Shown: positions 1-10,418 of the stretch, piece by piece
Position numbering within the stretch: position 1 is the first letter of the stretch
How the letters are laid out: each line of letters starts with the position of its first letter
Sequence record: SRR31156797_3857
Reading direction: 5' to 3' (one strand)
Length of the DNA stretch: 64,000 nt
Notes under the pieces: generated by a model
What the model was told of the DNA's origin: nothing
What the model saw: only the letters and a program-made list of their open reading frames with translations
Databases searched by the model: none
Position numbers and translations under genes: made by a program

Positions 1-54
1 CCTAAGAGCGAATAAATTCTCGCTGAACAACCATCTTGAAGTTACTTGAGTATA
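1..54. repeat. Right end of a putative ERIC-like/MITE-type intergenic repeat, truncated by the window edge
   Basis: Ends CATCTTGAAGTTACTTGAGTATA. This resembles, from memory, the terminal inverted repeat of ERIC-related Vibrio repeats ending in TATA. The other arm is not in the window. Confidence 0.4.
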
Positions 55-86
55 TTTCTGGCCGTAAATATCCAGGGTCTGTTGAG

Positions 87-272
87 TTAGTCTTCTTCTA
101 TCAGCTTGTAAATCACAAACAACGCGATTTCTAACATAACAAACAGCACGCATGTAATGGTCACGTACTTATCATCGAAAATACTAATACCATGTAAAAT
201 CAGGTCGTAACCGACGAATGCACCGATAACAACGGCAATAAGAATTTGTAGAATTTTTATAAAGCGAGGCAT
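87..272 (-). CDS. Small membrane protein (two predicted TM helices), hypothetical
   Basis: 61 aa with two hydrophobic stretches; AGGAG RBS upstream. Confidence 0.75.
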   Translation of the reverse strand: MPRFIKILQILIAVVIGAFVGYDLILHGISIFDDKYVTITCVLFVMLEIALFVIYKLIEED

Positions 273-387
273 GCTGCTCTCCTGACGTTTTAGTAAGCTA
301 ATAATTATTAAAGCATTATATAGACAAAAAGTGCCACTTTCGCAGCACTTTTTGTAATTTATTGGTCAATCATATCTTAATTAAGAA

Positions 388-1905
388 TTACTTGGCCGCT
401 TCTGCGATTTTCACTTTCCAAGTATCAGGACCAATTTGGTGTGCGTTAGCCCCAGTCGCATCTACCGCGACGGTGACTGGCATATCTTCAACTTCAAACT
501 CGTAAATCGCTTCCATACCCAGGTCTTCAAAAGCCACCACGCGTGCTTTCTTAATTGCTTTCGCAACCAAATATGCCGCACCACCAACAGCCATTAAGTA
601 GACCGCTTTATGTTTCTTAATTGACTCTACCGTCGCTGGACCACGCTCGGCTTTACCGATCATGCCCATAATGCCAACTTCTTCCAGCATCATGTCAGTA
701 AATTTATCCATACGTGTCGACGTTGTAGGACCTGCTGGGCCTACCGCTTCATCACCGACCGCATCTACCGGGCCAACGTAGTAAATAAACTTATCTTTAA
801 GGTCAACGCCTTCAGGAAGCTTTTCACCGTTTTGTAGCATCGTTTGAAGACGTTTATGTGCTGCATCGCGGCCAGTTAAAATCTTGCCCGTCAACAATAC
901 CGTTTCACCGGTTTTCCACGATTGAACTTCTTCTTTGGTCACCGTATCCAAATTTACGCGACGCGTATTTGAACCCGCTTCCCAGGTAATCTGAGGCCAA
1001 TCTTCCAGTTTCGGTGGCGTTAGATCTGCCGGGCCTGAGCCATCAAGCGTAAAGTGAACGTGACGAGTCGCCGCGCAGTTCGGGATCAAACAAACGGGTT
1101 TTGACGCAGCGTGAGTTGGTGCTGTTTTAATTTTTACATCAACAACCGTCGTCAAACCACCAAGACCTTGAGCACCAATACCTAATTTATTTACGCGATT
1201 GTAGATGTCGAGACGAAGTTCTTCCTCTGCATTCTCTGGACCTTTAGCAATCAGCTCATGTATATCAATATCTTCCATCAGGGATTCTTTCGCTAATACC
1301 GCTGCTTTTTCAGCCGTACCGCCAATACCAATACCCAGCATACCCGGAGGACACCAACCCGCGCCCATGGTTGGTAGTGTTTTTTCTACCCATTCTGCGA
1401 TGTCATCAGACGGGTTAAGCATGACCATCTTAGTCTTGTTTTCACTACCGCCGCCCTTAGCTGCAATTTGAATCTCAACTTTATCGCCCGGCACCATATT
1501 GATGTGTACCACAGCTGGCGTGTTGTCTTTGGTGTTAATACGCTTACCCGCAGGGTCCATTAAAATGGACGCGCGAAGTGGGTTATCCGGATTGGTATAG
1601 GCTTGACGAGTACCTTCATCAATCATCTGCTGAACGGTCATGTCGGTTGAATCCCATTGCACGGCCATACCAATGTTGACAAAGCAAGTCACGATACCCG
1701 TGTCCTGACAAATAGGACGATGACCTTCTGCAGACATGCGGGAGTTGATAAGAATTTGAGCGATAGCATCTTTCGCTGCTTGGCTTTCTTCTTTGTTGTA
1801 GGCTTCTTCTAGGGCTTGGACAAAATCTAATGGATGATAGTAAGAAATATATTGTAGAGCATCAGCGACACTGCTGATTACATCTTGTTTGCGTATTACC
1901 GTCAT
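388..1905 (-). CDS. fumA: Class I (Fe-S) fumarate hydratase
   Basis: PICQDTG, KGGGSEN and GRDAAHKR motifs; 505 aa. Confidence 0.93.
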   Translation of the reverse strand: MTVIRKQDVISSVADALQYISYYHPLDFVQALEEAYNKEESQAAKDAIAQILINSRMSAEGHRPICQDTGIVTCFVNIGMAVQWDSTDMTVQQMIDEGTRQAYTNPDNPLRASILMDPAGKRINTKDNTPAVVHINMVPGDKVEIQIAAKGGGSENKTKMVMLNPSDDIAEWVEKTLPTMGAGWCPPGMLGIGIGGTAEKAAVLAKESLMEDIDIHELIAKGPENAEEELRLDIYNRVNKLGIGAQGLGGLTTVVDVKIKTAPTHAASKPVCLIPNCAATRHVHFTLDGSGPADLTPPKLEDWPQITWEAGSNTRRVNLDTVTKEEVQSWKTGETVLLTGKILTGRDAAHKRLQTMLQNGEKLPEGVDLKDKFIYYVGPVDAVGDEAVGPAGPTTSTRMDKFTDMMLEEVGIMGMIGKAERGPATVESIKKHKAVYLMAVGGAAYLVAKAIKKARVVAFEDLGMEAIYEFEVEDMPVTVAVDATGANAHQIGPDTWKVKIAEAAK

Positions 1906-2073
1906 TGCATGCCTCGTTATAGTTATGCTTCCTTGAGCTGAACGTTAATGACTCGCTTTTAAACTTCGAAGACAAAAGTCATTGAATTGTGAGCCCATTA
2001 AGTGACTTTATGATACTCTTGCTGACCTCAACGCGCCATTCGATGAACACTCTCTTTGTCACAATTTACCAAA

Positions 2074-3441
2074 ATGAATAACAACGAAAAAAAAACCATT
2101 CAATCAAAAGCACTTACATATCAACCTGAACTGGCAAATCAGCTGTTTTCTCATTTAGAACACTTACCTTGGGCTATGTTGCTGCGTTCCGCCTCTGATG
2201 CTCATATTGACAGTCGTTTCGATATCCTTGTCGCAAATCCTATTGTTACTCTGACCACTTTTGGTAACCAGACCACCATCGTTGAACCTTCAGGGATCAG
2301 CGAATCGGAGGAAGACCCATTCTCTCTGGTCGCCAACCTGCAGAACCGTTACTTGCCACAACAGGAATACAGTCAGACCCTTCCTTTTATTGGCGGTGCG
2401 TTGGGCTACTTCGCTTACGATTTAGGTCGCCGGATTGAGAAACTGCCAGAGCAGGCACAACATGATATCGGCATGCCGGATATGGCAGTTGGCTTGTATG
2501 AATGGGCGATTGTGATTGACCACCAGCAACAAACAGCGCAATGGGTTGGCGTTAACTTAGAGCAAGCACAACGTTGGTTTGAATCTCAGTCACAGCAGCC
2601 AGAAACGCACTTCGAACTTGTTACTCCGTGGCAATCGAACATGACGCCGGACACATACACAGATAAGTTCAATCAAGTGCAAGAGTATTTGAAATCGGGT
2701 GATTGTTACCAGATCAATTTAGCGCAACGTTTCAAAGCTGAGTACCAGGGGTCGGAATGGCAAGCCTATCAAAAGCTCGAACAGTTTAACCAAGCGCCGT
2801 TTTCCGCATTTATAAGAACCGATCAAGGTACAATACTCAGCGTATCTCCTGAACGTTTTTTGCAGCTAAAACAAAACACCATCGAAACGAAACCGATTAA
2901 AGGCACTAGACCACGTAGCCAAGAACCAACAAAAGATCAGGCGTTTGCACTTGAGTTAGCCAATGCAGAGAAAGACCAAGCAGAGAACCTAATGATTGTC
3001 GATTTGCTGCGTAACGATATAGGACGAGTCGCAAAACCAGGCACGGTTCATGTCCCTAAGCTGTTTGAAATAGAAAGCTTTCCCGCGGTTCACCACCTAG
3101 TCAGTACCATTCGCGCTGAGCTTGATAGTCAATATACCGCATGTGACCTGCTGCGAGCGGGCTTTCCCGGCGGCTCCATAACCGGAGCGCCTAAGGTCAG
3201 GGCGATGGAGATCATCGAAGAGTTAGAACCGCATCGTCGCAGTGCGTACTGCGGTTCGATAGGCTATATCAGTCGTCACGGCCAGATGGACACCAGTATT
3301 ACGATTCGCACGCTGGTCGCTCAAAACCAACACCTATACGCTTGGGCAGGCGGTGGCTTGGTTGCTGATAGTCAATCAGACGCGGAGTTTCAAGAAACGC
3401 TGGACAAGTTAAGTCGCATCCTGCCTGTATTGGAGAAGTAA
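2074..3441 (+). CDS. pabB: Aminodeoxychorismate synthase component I
   Basis: GDCYQINL, SPERF, KPIKGT, AENLMIVDL and FPGGSITGAPK motifs; ATG at 2074 preferred to TTG at 2056. Confidence 0.95.
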   Translation: MNNNEKKTIQSKALTYQPELANQLFSHLEHLPWAMLLRSASDAHIDSRFDILVANPIVTLTTFGNQTTIVEPSGISESEEDPFSLVANLQNRYLPQQEYSQTLPFIGGALGYFAYDLGRRIEKLPEQAQHDIGMPDMAVGLYEWAIVIDHQQQTAQWVGVNLEQAQRWFESQSQQPETHFELVTPWQSNMTPDTYTDKFNQVQEYLKSGDCYQINLAQRFKAEYQGSEWQAYQKLEQFNQAPFSAFIRTDQGTILSVSPERFLQLKQNTIETKPIKGTRPRSQEPTKDQAFALELANAEKDQAENLMIVDLLRNDIGRVAKPGTVHVPKLFEIESFPAVHHLVSTIRAELDSQYTACDLLRAGFPGGSITGAPKVRAMEIIEELEPHRRSAYCGSIGYISRHGQMDTSITIRTLVAQNQHLYAWAGGGLVADSQSDAEFQETLDKLSRILPVLEK

Positions 3442-3529
3442 AACCTTTCGGCTAATCTTAATAGATGGGTGTAGAGCCTCCACACCCATCACAATTCAAA
3501 AGACAAACAGAGTTACCCAGCGGTGCGGA

Positions 3530-4147
3530 ATGAAAGTAAGTAAAACGATCACTAAATCAGAACTGATTCAACGTTTTCAATTACATCAAACGGTCGATTA
3601 TCATATCGAGTCGACGCGACGCTTTGATCAATTCCCTCAGCATTCACTGCGCAAAGCATCCGTTCTTATCGGTTTTGTTGAACGAGAGCACGGACTCAAT
3701 ATCGTACTAACAAAACGCGCAGAACATTTAAAACATCACCCGGGTCAAATCAGTTTTCCTGGCGGAAAGTACGAACAAAGTGACCGCAACTTATACAACA
3801 CCGCCATTCGCGAAGCGGAAGAAGAAATTGGCGTCAAAGCTCAGGACATTCGTACATTTGGCCAGCTTCCTGAGATTGTCACAGTAAGCCGATTTTCTGT
3901 TACCCCAATCATGGCATTCATCAATCCCGACTATCAGGCGACCATTGACCCCAATGAAGTAGAAGAAGTGTTTGAAGTCCCTGCTGACCACTTGCTGGAT
4001 AAAAATAAACTTTATACCGGTGTTTTTCGGGTAAAAAGCCAGCCGCATCGTATTTTTGCAATTCCCTATCAACGTCATTTTATTTGGGGAATGACCGCTC
4101 AAATCATTCAAGCTTTACAACGTCACATCAATATTCATTACAAATAA
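3530..4147 (+). CDS. nudL: Nudix CoA pyrophosphatase (YeaB/NudL family)
   Basis: LTKRA..L..HPGQISFPGG followed by the Nudix box REAEEEIG; IWGMTA; follows pabB. Confidence 0.88.
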   Translation: MKVSKTITKSELIQRFQLHQTVDYHIESTRRFDQFPQHSLRKASVLIGFVEREHGLNIVLTKRAEHLKHHPGQISFPGGKYEQSDRNLYNTAIREAEEEIGVKAQDIRTFGQLPEIVTVSRFSVTPIMAFINPDYQATIDPNEVEEVFEVPADHLLDKNKLYTGVFRVKSQPHRIFAIPYQRHFIWGMTAQIIQALQRHINIHYK

Positions 4148-4325
4148 CCCCAGCTTATTAACAAACCTGCCGTTCATTTATTCACCGCATACGTTCAATA
4201 CTTAACCACTCATACTTTTACATTATTTTTTCTAATGATTTATCACAAAAGAAATCATGTGTAGCACGTTATTTTAGTGATCTTAATACTGTTTTAGGTA
4301 AACATTTTCCTCACCCATTTAATGA

Positions 4326-4341
4326 TGTGATTTAAGTCAAC
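4326..4341 (+). promoter_or_regulatory. Possible CRP site upstream of sdaC
   Basis: TGTGA-N6-TCAAC versus consensus TGTGA-N6-TCACA. Confidence 0.4.
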
Positions 4342-4411
4342 TTTTTTTGTAACACAAAAATAGAGAATTGCAGCCGAAATTATTTTCCCATAAAAAATTG
4401 AGATATTTAAA

Positions 4412-5665
4412 ATGAACTCATCGATTGCTATCGAAAAATCAGAACAATCTTCTAATAAATGGACTTATCAAGATTTTGCATGGACTCTCTCACTTTTTGG
4501 TACAGCTGTAGGTGCAGGCGTACTATTTCTTCCAATTAAAGCGGGTGCGGGTGGTTTTTGGCCATTAGTTATTTTAGCTTTAATTGCTGCTCCAATGACT
4601 TGGTTTGCACATAAGAGCTTGGCTCGATTTGTACTGTCAGCCAAGAACCCAGAAGCAGACATCACTGATACTGTTGAAGAACATTTTGGTAAGACCGGCG
4701 CAAACCTTATTACTTTTGCTTACTTTTTTGCTATCTACCCTATCGTTCTTATCTACGGTGTTGGCATTACCAACACTGTAGATTCATTTCTAGTTAACCA
4801 AGTAGGTATGGAATCTATGCCTCGCTGGTTACTGTCTGGTTTGTTGATCTCGGCTATGACTGCTGGCGTCGTGTTTGGTAAAGAGCTAATGCTTAAAGCC
4901 ACTTCTGCCCTTGTTTATCCGCTGGTTGCTATCTTGTTAGCGTTATCTTTTTACCTTATTCCTGATTGGAACAGCTCAATGGCTGAAGTCGCACCAGATT
5001 GGTCTGCGATGCCAACCATTATTTGGCTTGCAATTCCGATCATTGTGTTCTCTTTTAACCACAGCCCAATCATTTCTCAGTTCTCAAAAGAACAACGCAT
5101 GAAATACGGTGAAAATGCTGTTCAAAAAACAGATTCTATCACTGGCGGTGCGGCAATGATGCTGATGGGCTTTGTGATGTTCTTTGTTTTCTCTGTTGTT
5201 CTTTCTCTTTCTCCAGAGCAACTAGCACAGGCACAAGAACAAAACATTTCGGTACTCTCTTACTTAGCAAATATCCATGAGTCACCACTGATCTCTTACA
5301 TGGGTCCATTGGTTGCATTCGCGGCGATCACTTCAAGCTACTTTGGTCACTTCCTAGGTGCTCACGAAGGTCTGGTTGGTTTAATCAAATCGCGTTCACA
5401 AACACCCGTAAACAAAATCGAAAAAACATCTTTATTGTTCATCGTTATCACTACTTGGATTGTGGCTATTGTTAACCCAAGCATCCTGGGAATGATTGAA
5501 ACAATGGGTGCACCAATGATTGCTGCTATCCTATTCTTAATGCCGGTATTTGCGATGAATAAGGTTCCAGCGATGGCGAAATACAAGACGTCTGCTCCAG
5601 TGCAAATTTTCACAGTTATTTGTGGTCTTGCAGCCATTAGTTCTGTAATCTACGGCGCGTTTTAA
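4412..5665 (+). CDS. sdaC: HAAAP family serine/threonine transporter
   Basis: LFGTAVGAGVLFLPI and FSFNHSPIIS motifs; directly upstream of serine dehydratase. Confidence 0.85.
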   Translation: MNSSIAIEKSEQSSNKWTYQDFAWTLSLFGTAVGAGVLFLPIKAGAGGFWPLVILALIAAPMTWFAHKSLARFVLSAKNPEADITDTVEEHFGKTGANLITFAYFFAIYPIVLIYGVGITNTVDSFLVNQVGMESMPRWLLSGLLISAMTAGVVFGKELMLKATSALVYPLVAILLALSFYLIPDWNSSMAEVAPDWSAMPTIIWLAIPIIVFSFNHSPIISQFSKEQRMKYGENAVQKTDSITGGAAMMLMGFVMFFVFSVVLSLSPEQLAQAQEQNISVLSYLANIHESPLISYMGPLVAFAAITSSYFGHFLGAHEGLVGLIKSRSQTPVNKIEKTSLLFIVITTWIVAIVNPSILGMIETMGAPMIAAILFLMPVFAMNKVPAMAKYKTSAPVQIFTVICGLAAISSVIYGAF

Positions 5666-5752
5666 TCCCAAATTTCGTAAAGTCCGATTAAACTAAAAAT
5701 ATAATAGTAATAAACCTCCTTTTTATAGGAGGTTTAGTTTGAGGTAATCACT

Positions 5753-7114
5753 ATGATTAGTGTGTTTGATATCTATAAAATTGGCATCGGTCCTTCGAGC
5801 TCACATACAGTAGGACCAATGAAAGCCGGTAAACAGTTTATTGATGACTTAGTCGCTCAGGAAAAGCTGCAAGACATCACTAAAATTACCGTGGATGTTT
5901 ATGGATCATTGTCGCTGACAGGGAAAGGTCACCATACAGATATTGCTATCATCATGGGTCTTGCGGGTAACAACCCAGACGATGTTGATATCGATAGTAT
6001 TCCTGCATTTATCGCTAACGTTCAGCAAACTGAACGTCTGCCTGTTGGTACGCACAATCATACCGTTGCCTTCCCTCGTGAAGATGGCATGATTTTCCAC
6101 AAAAGCTTCTTGTCTCTGCATGAAAATGGCATGTCCATTCATGCTTGGGTTGGCGAAGATGTGGTATACAGCAAAACCTACTACTCGATTGGTGGTGGTT
6201 TCATTGTTGATGAAGAGCATTTCGGTCAAAAAACGCAAACGGAAGTGACCGTTCCGTATCCATTTAACACTGCTGAAGAGATGGTTAACCAGTGTAAGCA
6301 AAGTGGCCTATCCATCAGCACCTTGGTCATGGAAAACGAAAAAGCTCTGCACGCGGATGTAGAAGTCAAAGAGTACTTCGCCAATATCTGGCGCACTATG
6401 CAGGAATGTATGGAACGTGGTATGAACACCGAAGGCATTCTTCCGGGTCCACTGCGTGTGCCTCGTCGTGCAGCAGCGTTACGCCAGCAACTGCTTACAT
6501 CTGAAAAAATCACTAATGATCCGATGGCTGTGGTTGATTGGGTCAACATGTATGCCTTTGCAGTCAATGAAGAAAACGCAGCTGGCGGTCGTGTGGTTAC
6601 CGCACCAACCAACGGTGCTTGTGGCATTATTCCTGCGGTATTGGCTTACTACGATAAGTTTATCCAAACCGTCACGGAAAAAGATTACATTCGTTACTTC
6701 GCGGCATCTGGCGCTATCGGTGGTCTTTACAAGCAAAATGCCTCAATTTCTGGCGCTGAAGTCGGTTGTCAGGGCGAAGTGGGTGTTGCCTGTTCGATGG
6801 CGGCTGGTGGTCTTGCAGCACTACTTGGTGGCAGCCCAGAACAAGTGTGTATGGCGGCAGAAATCGCTATGGAACACAACCTGGGTCTGACATGTGACCC
6901 AGTGGCTGGACAAGTTCAAGTGCCTTGTATCGAACGAAATGGTATTGCTGCTGTAAAAGCAATTAACTCTACCCGTATGGCAATGCGCCGCTCTTCCGCT
7001 CCGACGGTTTCATTAGACAAAGTGATTGAAACCATGCTGGAAACCGGTAAAGACATGAATGCGAAATACCGTGAAACTTCACAAGGTGGATTAGCAGTTA
7101 AAGTTATCTGTTAA
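5753..7114 (+). CDS. sdaA: L-serine dehydratase (Fe-S)
   Basis: GIGPSSSHTVGPM, APTNGACG, GAEVGCQGEVG and GLTCDP motifs. Confidence 0.95.
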   Translation: MISVFDIYKIGIGPSSSHTVGPMKAGKQFIDDLVAQEKLQDITKITVDVYGSLSLTGKGHHTDIAIIMGLAGNNPDDVDIDSIPAFIANVQQTERLPVGTHNHTVAFPREDGMIFHKSFLSLHENGMSIHAWVGEDVVYSKTYYSIGGGFIVDEEHFGQKTQTEVTVPYPFNTAEEMVNQCKQSGLSISTLVMENEKALHADVEVKEYFANIWRTMQECMERGMNTEGILPGPLRVPRRAAALRQQLLTSEKITNDPMAVVDWVNMYAFAVNEENAAGGRVVTAPTNGACGIIPAVLAYYDKFIQTVTEKDYIRYFAASGAIGGLYKQNASISGAEVGCQGEVGVACSMAAGGLAALLGGSPEQVCMAAEIAMEHNLGLTCDPVAGQVQVPCIERNGIAAVKAINSTRMAMRRSSAPTVSLDKVIETMLETGKDMNAKYRETSQGGLAVKVIC

Positions 7115-7130
7115 TCACCAAGTTACCTTT

Positions 7131-7158
7131 AAAAGCCTGATACTCATCAGGCTTTTTT
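7131..7158 (+). terminator. Intrinsic terminator after sdaA
   Basis: AAAAGCCTGA/TCAGGCTTTT stem followed by a T tract. Confidence 0.85.
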
Positions 7159-7178
7159 CTTACCCAATCTGACTTCCC

Positions 7179-7193
7179 TTTACCTTTCTTTAC
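7179..7193 (-). promoter_or_regulatory. CpxR-like box upstream of macA
   Basis: TTTAC-N5-TTTAC, i.e. GTAAA-N5-GTAAA on the minus strand, just upstream of an extended -10-like TGtTATAAA. Confidence 0.55.
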
Positions 7194-7272
7194 CTTCCAG
7201 CCACTTGTTATAAAACAGCATTCGATTGAGAATAGTTGTTATTATTGCTGTTCAAGTTCGGAATCTTTCTTC

Positions 7273-8457
7273 ATGGCCATACGTTTTACTGGCAAAACCT
7301 TTATTGCCCTTATTGTTTTTATCGCAGCCACCTCTGCTGCTATCTACTACTTTTTACCCAAGGAAACACCACCCAGTTTTGCTACAGAAACGGTCCATCG
7401 CGGCAACATTGAAAGTTCAGTGTTGGCGACGGGCATGCTTCAAGCTTCAAAACTGGTTGCGGTAGGTGCGCAGGTATCTGGCCAAATTGAAAAGATGGGA
7501 GTGGCTCTCGGTGACGAAATTAGCCAAGGTGATCTCGTGGCTCAAATCGACAGTCTGACTCAACAAAATGCGTTAAAAGAAGCCAATGCTTCATTAAGTA
7601 GCCTGAATGCTCAGATCCGTGCAAAACAGGCACAGATTCGCCAAGCTCAATCCGAGTTCAACCGCCAAAAATCCATGCTGGCAGATAAAGCCAGTTCACA
7701 AGCTGATTTTGAATCGGCACAAGCCAACTTAACCATTTATCAAGCCGAATTTGAACAACTAAAAGCCGAACTTGAACAGGCCAAAATTAGCGTAGACAAT
7801 GCCAAACTGGATCTCGGGTATACCACGATCAGCGCCCCTATGGACGGCACTGTGGTTTACAGTGCGGTAGAGCAAGGCCAAACCGTCAACGCCAACCAAA
7901 CCACTCCAACGATTATCGAGCTTGCGCAGCTTGGTCGTATGACAGTCAAAGCGCAGATTTCAGAAGCGGATGTAGTGAATGTTAAACCGGGTTTACCGGT
8001 GTACTTCACCATACTGGGTAAACCAAATAAGCAATATCATGGCACGTTACGCGCAATTGAACCCGGGCCGACGTTAATGGATGGTGACGACAGTGATTTA
8101 TCGGTTAGCGACAGTGAAGCCATTTACTATCACGGTTTGTTTGAAGTCGATAATCCAGACAGAACACTGCGCATCGGTATGACGGCGCAAGTGTCTATTA
8201 TCTTGAACCAAGCCGAGGATGCCCTGCTTGTTCCAGCTCAGGTCGTGGTTAAACAGCCTGGACGAGAGCCTCGTTATCAAGTTCCGGTGCTGATTAACGG
8301 CCAACAGAAAATGCGTGATGTCGAAGTGGGTATCAACAATAAAATTTTTACTGAGATTACCAGCGGTCTAGAAGAAGGCGACCAGATTATCGTCGGAACA
8401 CAAAGTGCAGCAGGGACACGTTCTAGTCGCATGGGCCCACCGGGGATGAGATTCTAA
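7273..8457 (+). CDS. macA: MacA-type periplasmic adaptor
   Basis: VGAQVSGQI, coiled coil, [20 protein letters not shown]; stop overlaps macB start (TAATG). Confidence 0.9.
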   Translation: MAIRFTGKTFIALIVFIAATSAAIYYFLPKETPPSFATETVHRGNIESSVLATGMLQASKLVAVGAQVSGQIEKMGVALGDEISQGDLVAQIDSLTQQNALKEANASLSSLNAQIRAKQAQIRQAQSEFNRQKSMLADKASSQADFESAQANLTIYQAEFEQLKAELEQAKISVDNAKLDLGYTTISAPMDGTVVYSAVEQGQTVNANQTTPTIIELAQLGRMTVKAQISEADVVNVKPGLPVYFTILGKPNKQYHGTLRAIEPGPTLMDGDDSDLSVSDSEAIYYHGLFEVDNPDRTLRIGMTAQVSIILNQAEDALLVPAQVVVKQPGREPRYQVPVLINGQQKMRDVEVGINNKIFTEITSGLEEGDQIIVGTQSAAGTRSSRMGPPGMRF

Positions 8458-10415
8458 TGTCACATCCTCTGTTAGAAATATCACATATCTACCGTAGCTT
8501 TGCCGCAGGTGATGAAGAGCTTACCGTACTCAAAGACGTCAACCTGACCATTGAACGCGGAGAAATGGTTGCGATAGTCGGGACTTCTGGATCGGGTAAA
8601 TCCACCCTGATGAACATACTCGGTTGTCTGGACCAAGCGACGAGCGGCGAATACTGGATTAACGGTAAAGACACCTCAAAGCTAGATTCTGACCAGCTTG
8701 CAGAGCTGCGCCGTGAGTACTTCGGGTTTATTTTCCAGCGCTATCATCTGTTGGGGGATTTAACCGCCGTTGGTAACGTTGAAATCCCAGCCATTTACGC
8801 CGGAAGTGATAAAAAAGCACGACAAGAGCGCGCAGAACAGCTATTGACGCGGCTAGGCCTTGAAGACCGCCTAGACCATAAACCCAATCAGTTAAGCGGT
8901 GGTCAACAACAACGAGTCTCCGTTGCTCGTGCTTTGGTGAATGGTGGCGATGTCATTCTTGCGGATGAACCCACGGGTGCCTTGGACAGCAAGAGCGGCG
9001 AAGAGATGATGGTTCTTCTGCAGGAACTTCATCAACTCGGTCATACCATCATTATTGTTACCCACGATTTAAAAGTGGCTCAGCACGCCGATCGCATCAT
9101 TGAAATTAAAGACGGCGAAATACTTAGTGACAGTGTCACCAAGTATAAAGTATCCACGACCAACCAAGACGCCGTGGAACAAGTCGCCGCTCAAAATGTA
9201 TTAAACAAAAGTCGCAACGTCTTTGATAACTTTTGGGAAGCGATGAAAATGGCACTGGTTGCGATGTCGAATCATCGCCTTCGCACCTTCCTAACCATGC
9301 TTGGGATTATTATCGGGATCGCCTCTGTTGTATCAGTGGTTGCGTTAGGTAACGGTTCGCAAAAGTCTATCCTGGATAACATTTCGGCAATGGGTACCAA
9401 CACGATTGATATCATGCCCGGCTCTGGGTTTGGTGACCGACGTTCAGGGCGAGTGAGAACCCTAACCGCAGCCGATGCTGACGCACTAAAGAACCTCCAG
9501 TTTATCGACAGCGTCACCCCAACATTAAGTACATCCGTCACGGTGAAATATGGTAATCAGGCTGTATCTGCATCAGTGCAAGGCGTTGGACCGGACTATT
9601 TCCGAGTTCGAGGTTATGAACTGGCTTATGGACAATACTGGGATGACTCGAGTGTTAGCACTATGGCTCAGGAAGCGGTGATTGATAACAACACACTGAA
9701 AGAGTTGTTTCCTGACCAAAACCCTATCGGCCAAGTCATTTTTGCGGGTAATTTACCGGTCAGAATTATTGGTGTGACGAAAGCAAAAGAGAGTGCATTC
9801 GGAAACAGTGATTCACTCAATATTTGGGTGCCTTACACAACAGTGAGTGCTCGTATGGTGGGGCAAAATTACCTAAACCGAATATCAGTGCGTGTAGACG
9901 ACGGCACTGCGAGTGAAGCGGCTGAACAAGCGATCATTTCACTATTAAAAATGCGTCATGGCACTCAGGACTTCTTCACCATTAATACCGACACCATTCA
10001 ACAAAACATTCAGAAAACGACAGCAACAATGACGTTATTGATTTCTGCCATTGCTGTAATTTCTCTGATTGTTGGCGGTATCGGCGTGATGAACATTATG
10101 TTGGTATCGGTCACCGAGCGAACCCGAGAAATTGGGGTTCGTATGGCGGTCGGCGCAAGACAGAATGACATTTTACGTCAGTTCTTAATTGAAGCGGTTT
10201 TAGTTTGTTTATGCGGCGGAAGCATAGGTATCGGTTTGGCTTATCTTATTGGTTTCTTGTTCGCCACCTTTGGTAGTAGTTTTAGTATGATTTATTCCAC
10301 CACATCCATTGTTTCAGCGTTCCTTTGTTCCACCCTCATTGGGGTGCTGTTCGGCTATCTTCCAGCAAAAAATGCCGCACAGCTTAATCCAATTGATGCA
10401 CTGTCCAGGGAGTAG
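8457..10415 (+). CDS. macB: MacB ABC transporter (ATPase + permease)
   Basis: Walker [26 protein letters not shown] and [14 protein letters not shown]. Confidence 0.95.
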   Translation: MSHPLLEISHIYRSFAAGDEELTVLKDVNLTIERGEMVAIVGTSGSGKSTLMNILGCLDQATSGEYWINGKDTSKLDSDQLAELRREYFGFIFQRYHLLGDLTAVGNVEIPAIYAGSDKKARQERAEQLLTRLGLEDRLDHKPNQLSGGQQQRVSVARALVNGGDVILADEPTGALDSKSGEEMMVLLQELHQLGHTIIIVTHDLKVAQHADRIIEIKDGEILSDSVTKYKVSTTNQDAVEQVAAQNVLNKSRNVFDNFWEAMKMALVAMSNHRLRTFLTMLGIIIGIASVVSVVALGNGSQKSILDNISAMGTNTIDIMPGSGFGDRRSGRVRTLTAADADALKNLQFIDSVTPTLSTSVTVKYGNQAVSASVQGVGPDYFRVRGYELAYGQYWDDSSVSTMAQEAVIDNNTLKELFPDQNPIGQVIFAGNLPVRIIGVTKAKESAFGNSDSLNIWVPYTTVSARMVGQNYLNRISVRVDDGTASEAAEQAIISLLKMRHGTQDFFTINTDTIQQNIQKTTATMTLLISAIAVISLIVGGIGVMNIMLVSVTERTREIGVRMAVGARQNDILRQFLIEAVLVCLCGGSIGIGLAYLIGFLFATFGSSFSMIYSTTSIVSAFLCSTLIGVLFGYLPAKNAAQLNPIDALSRE

Positions 10416-10418
10416 ATC

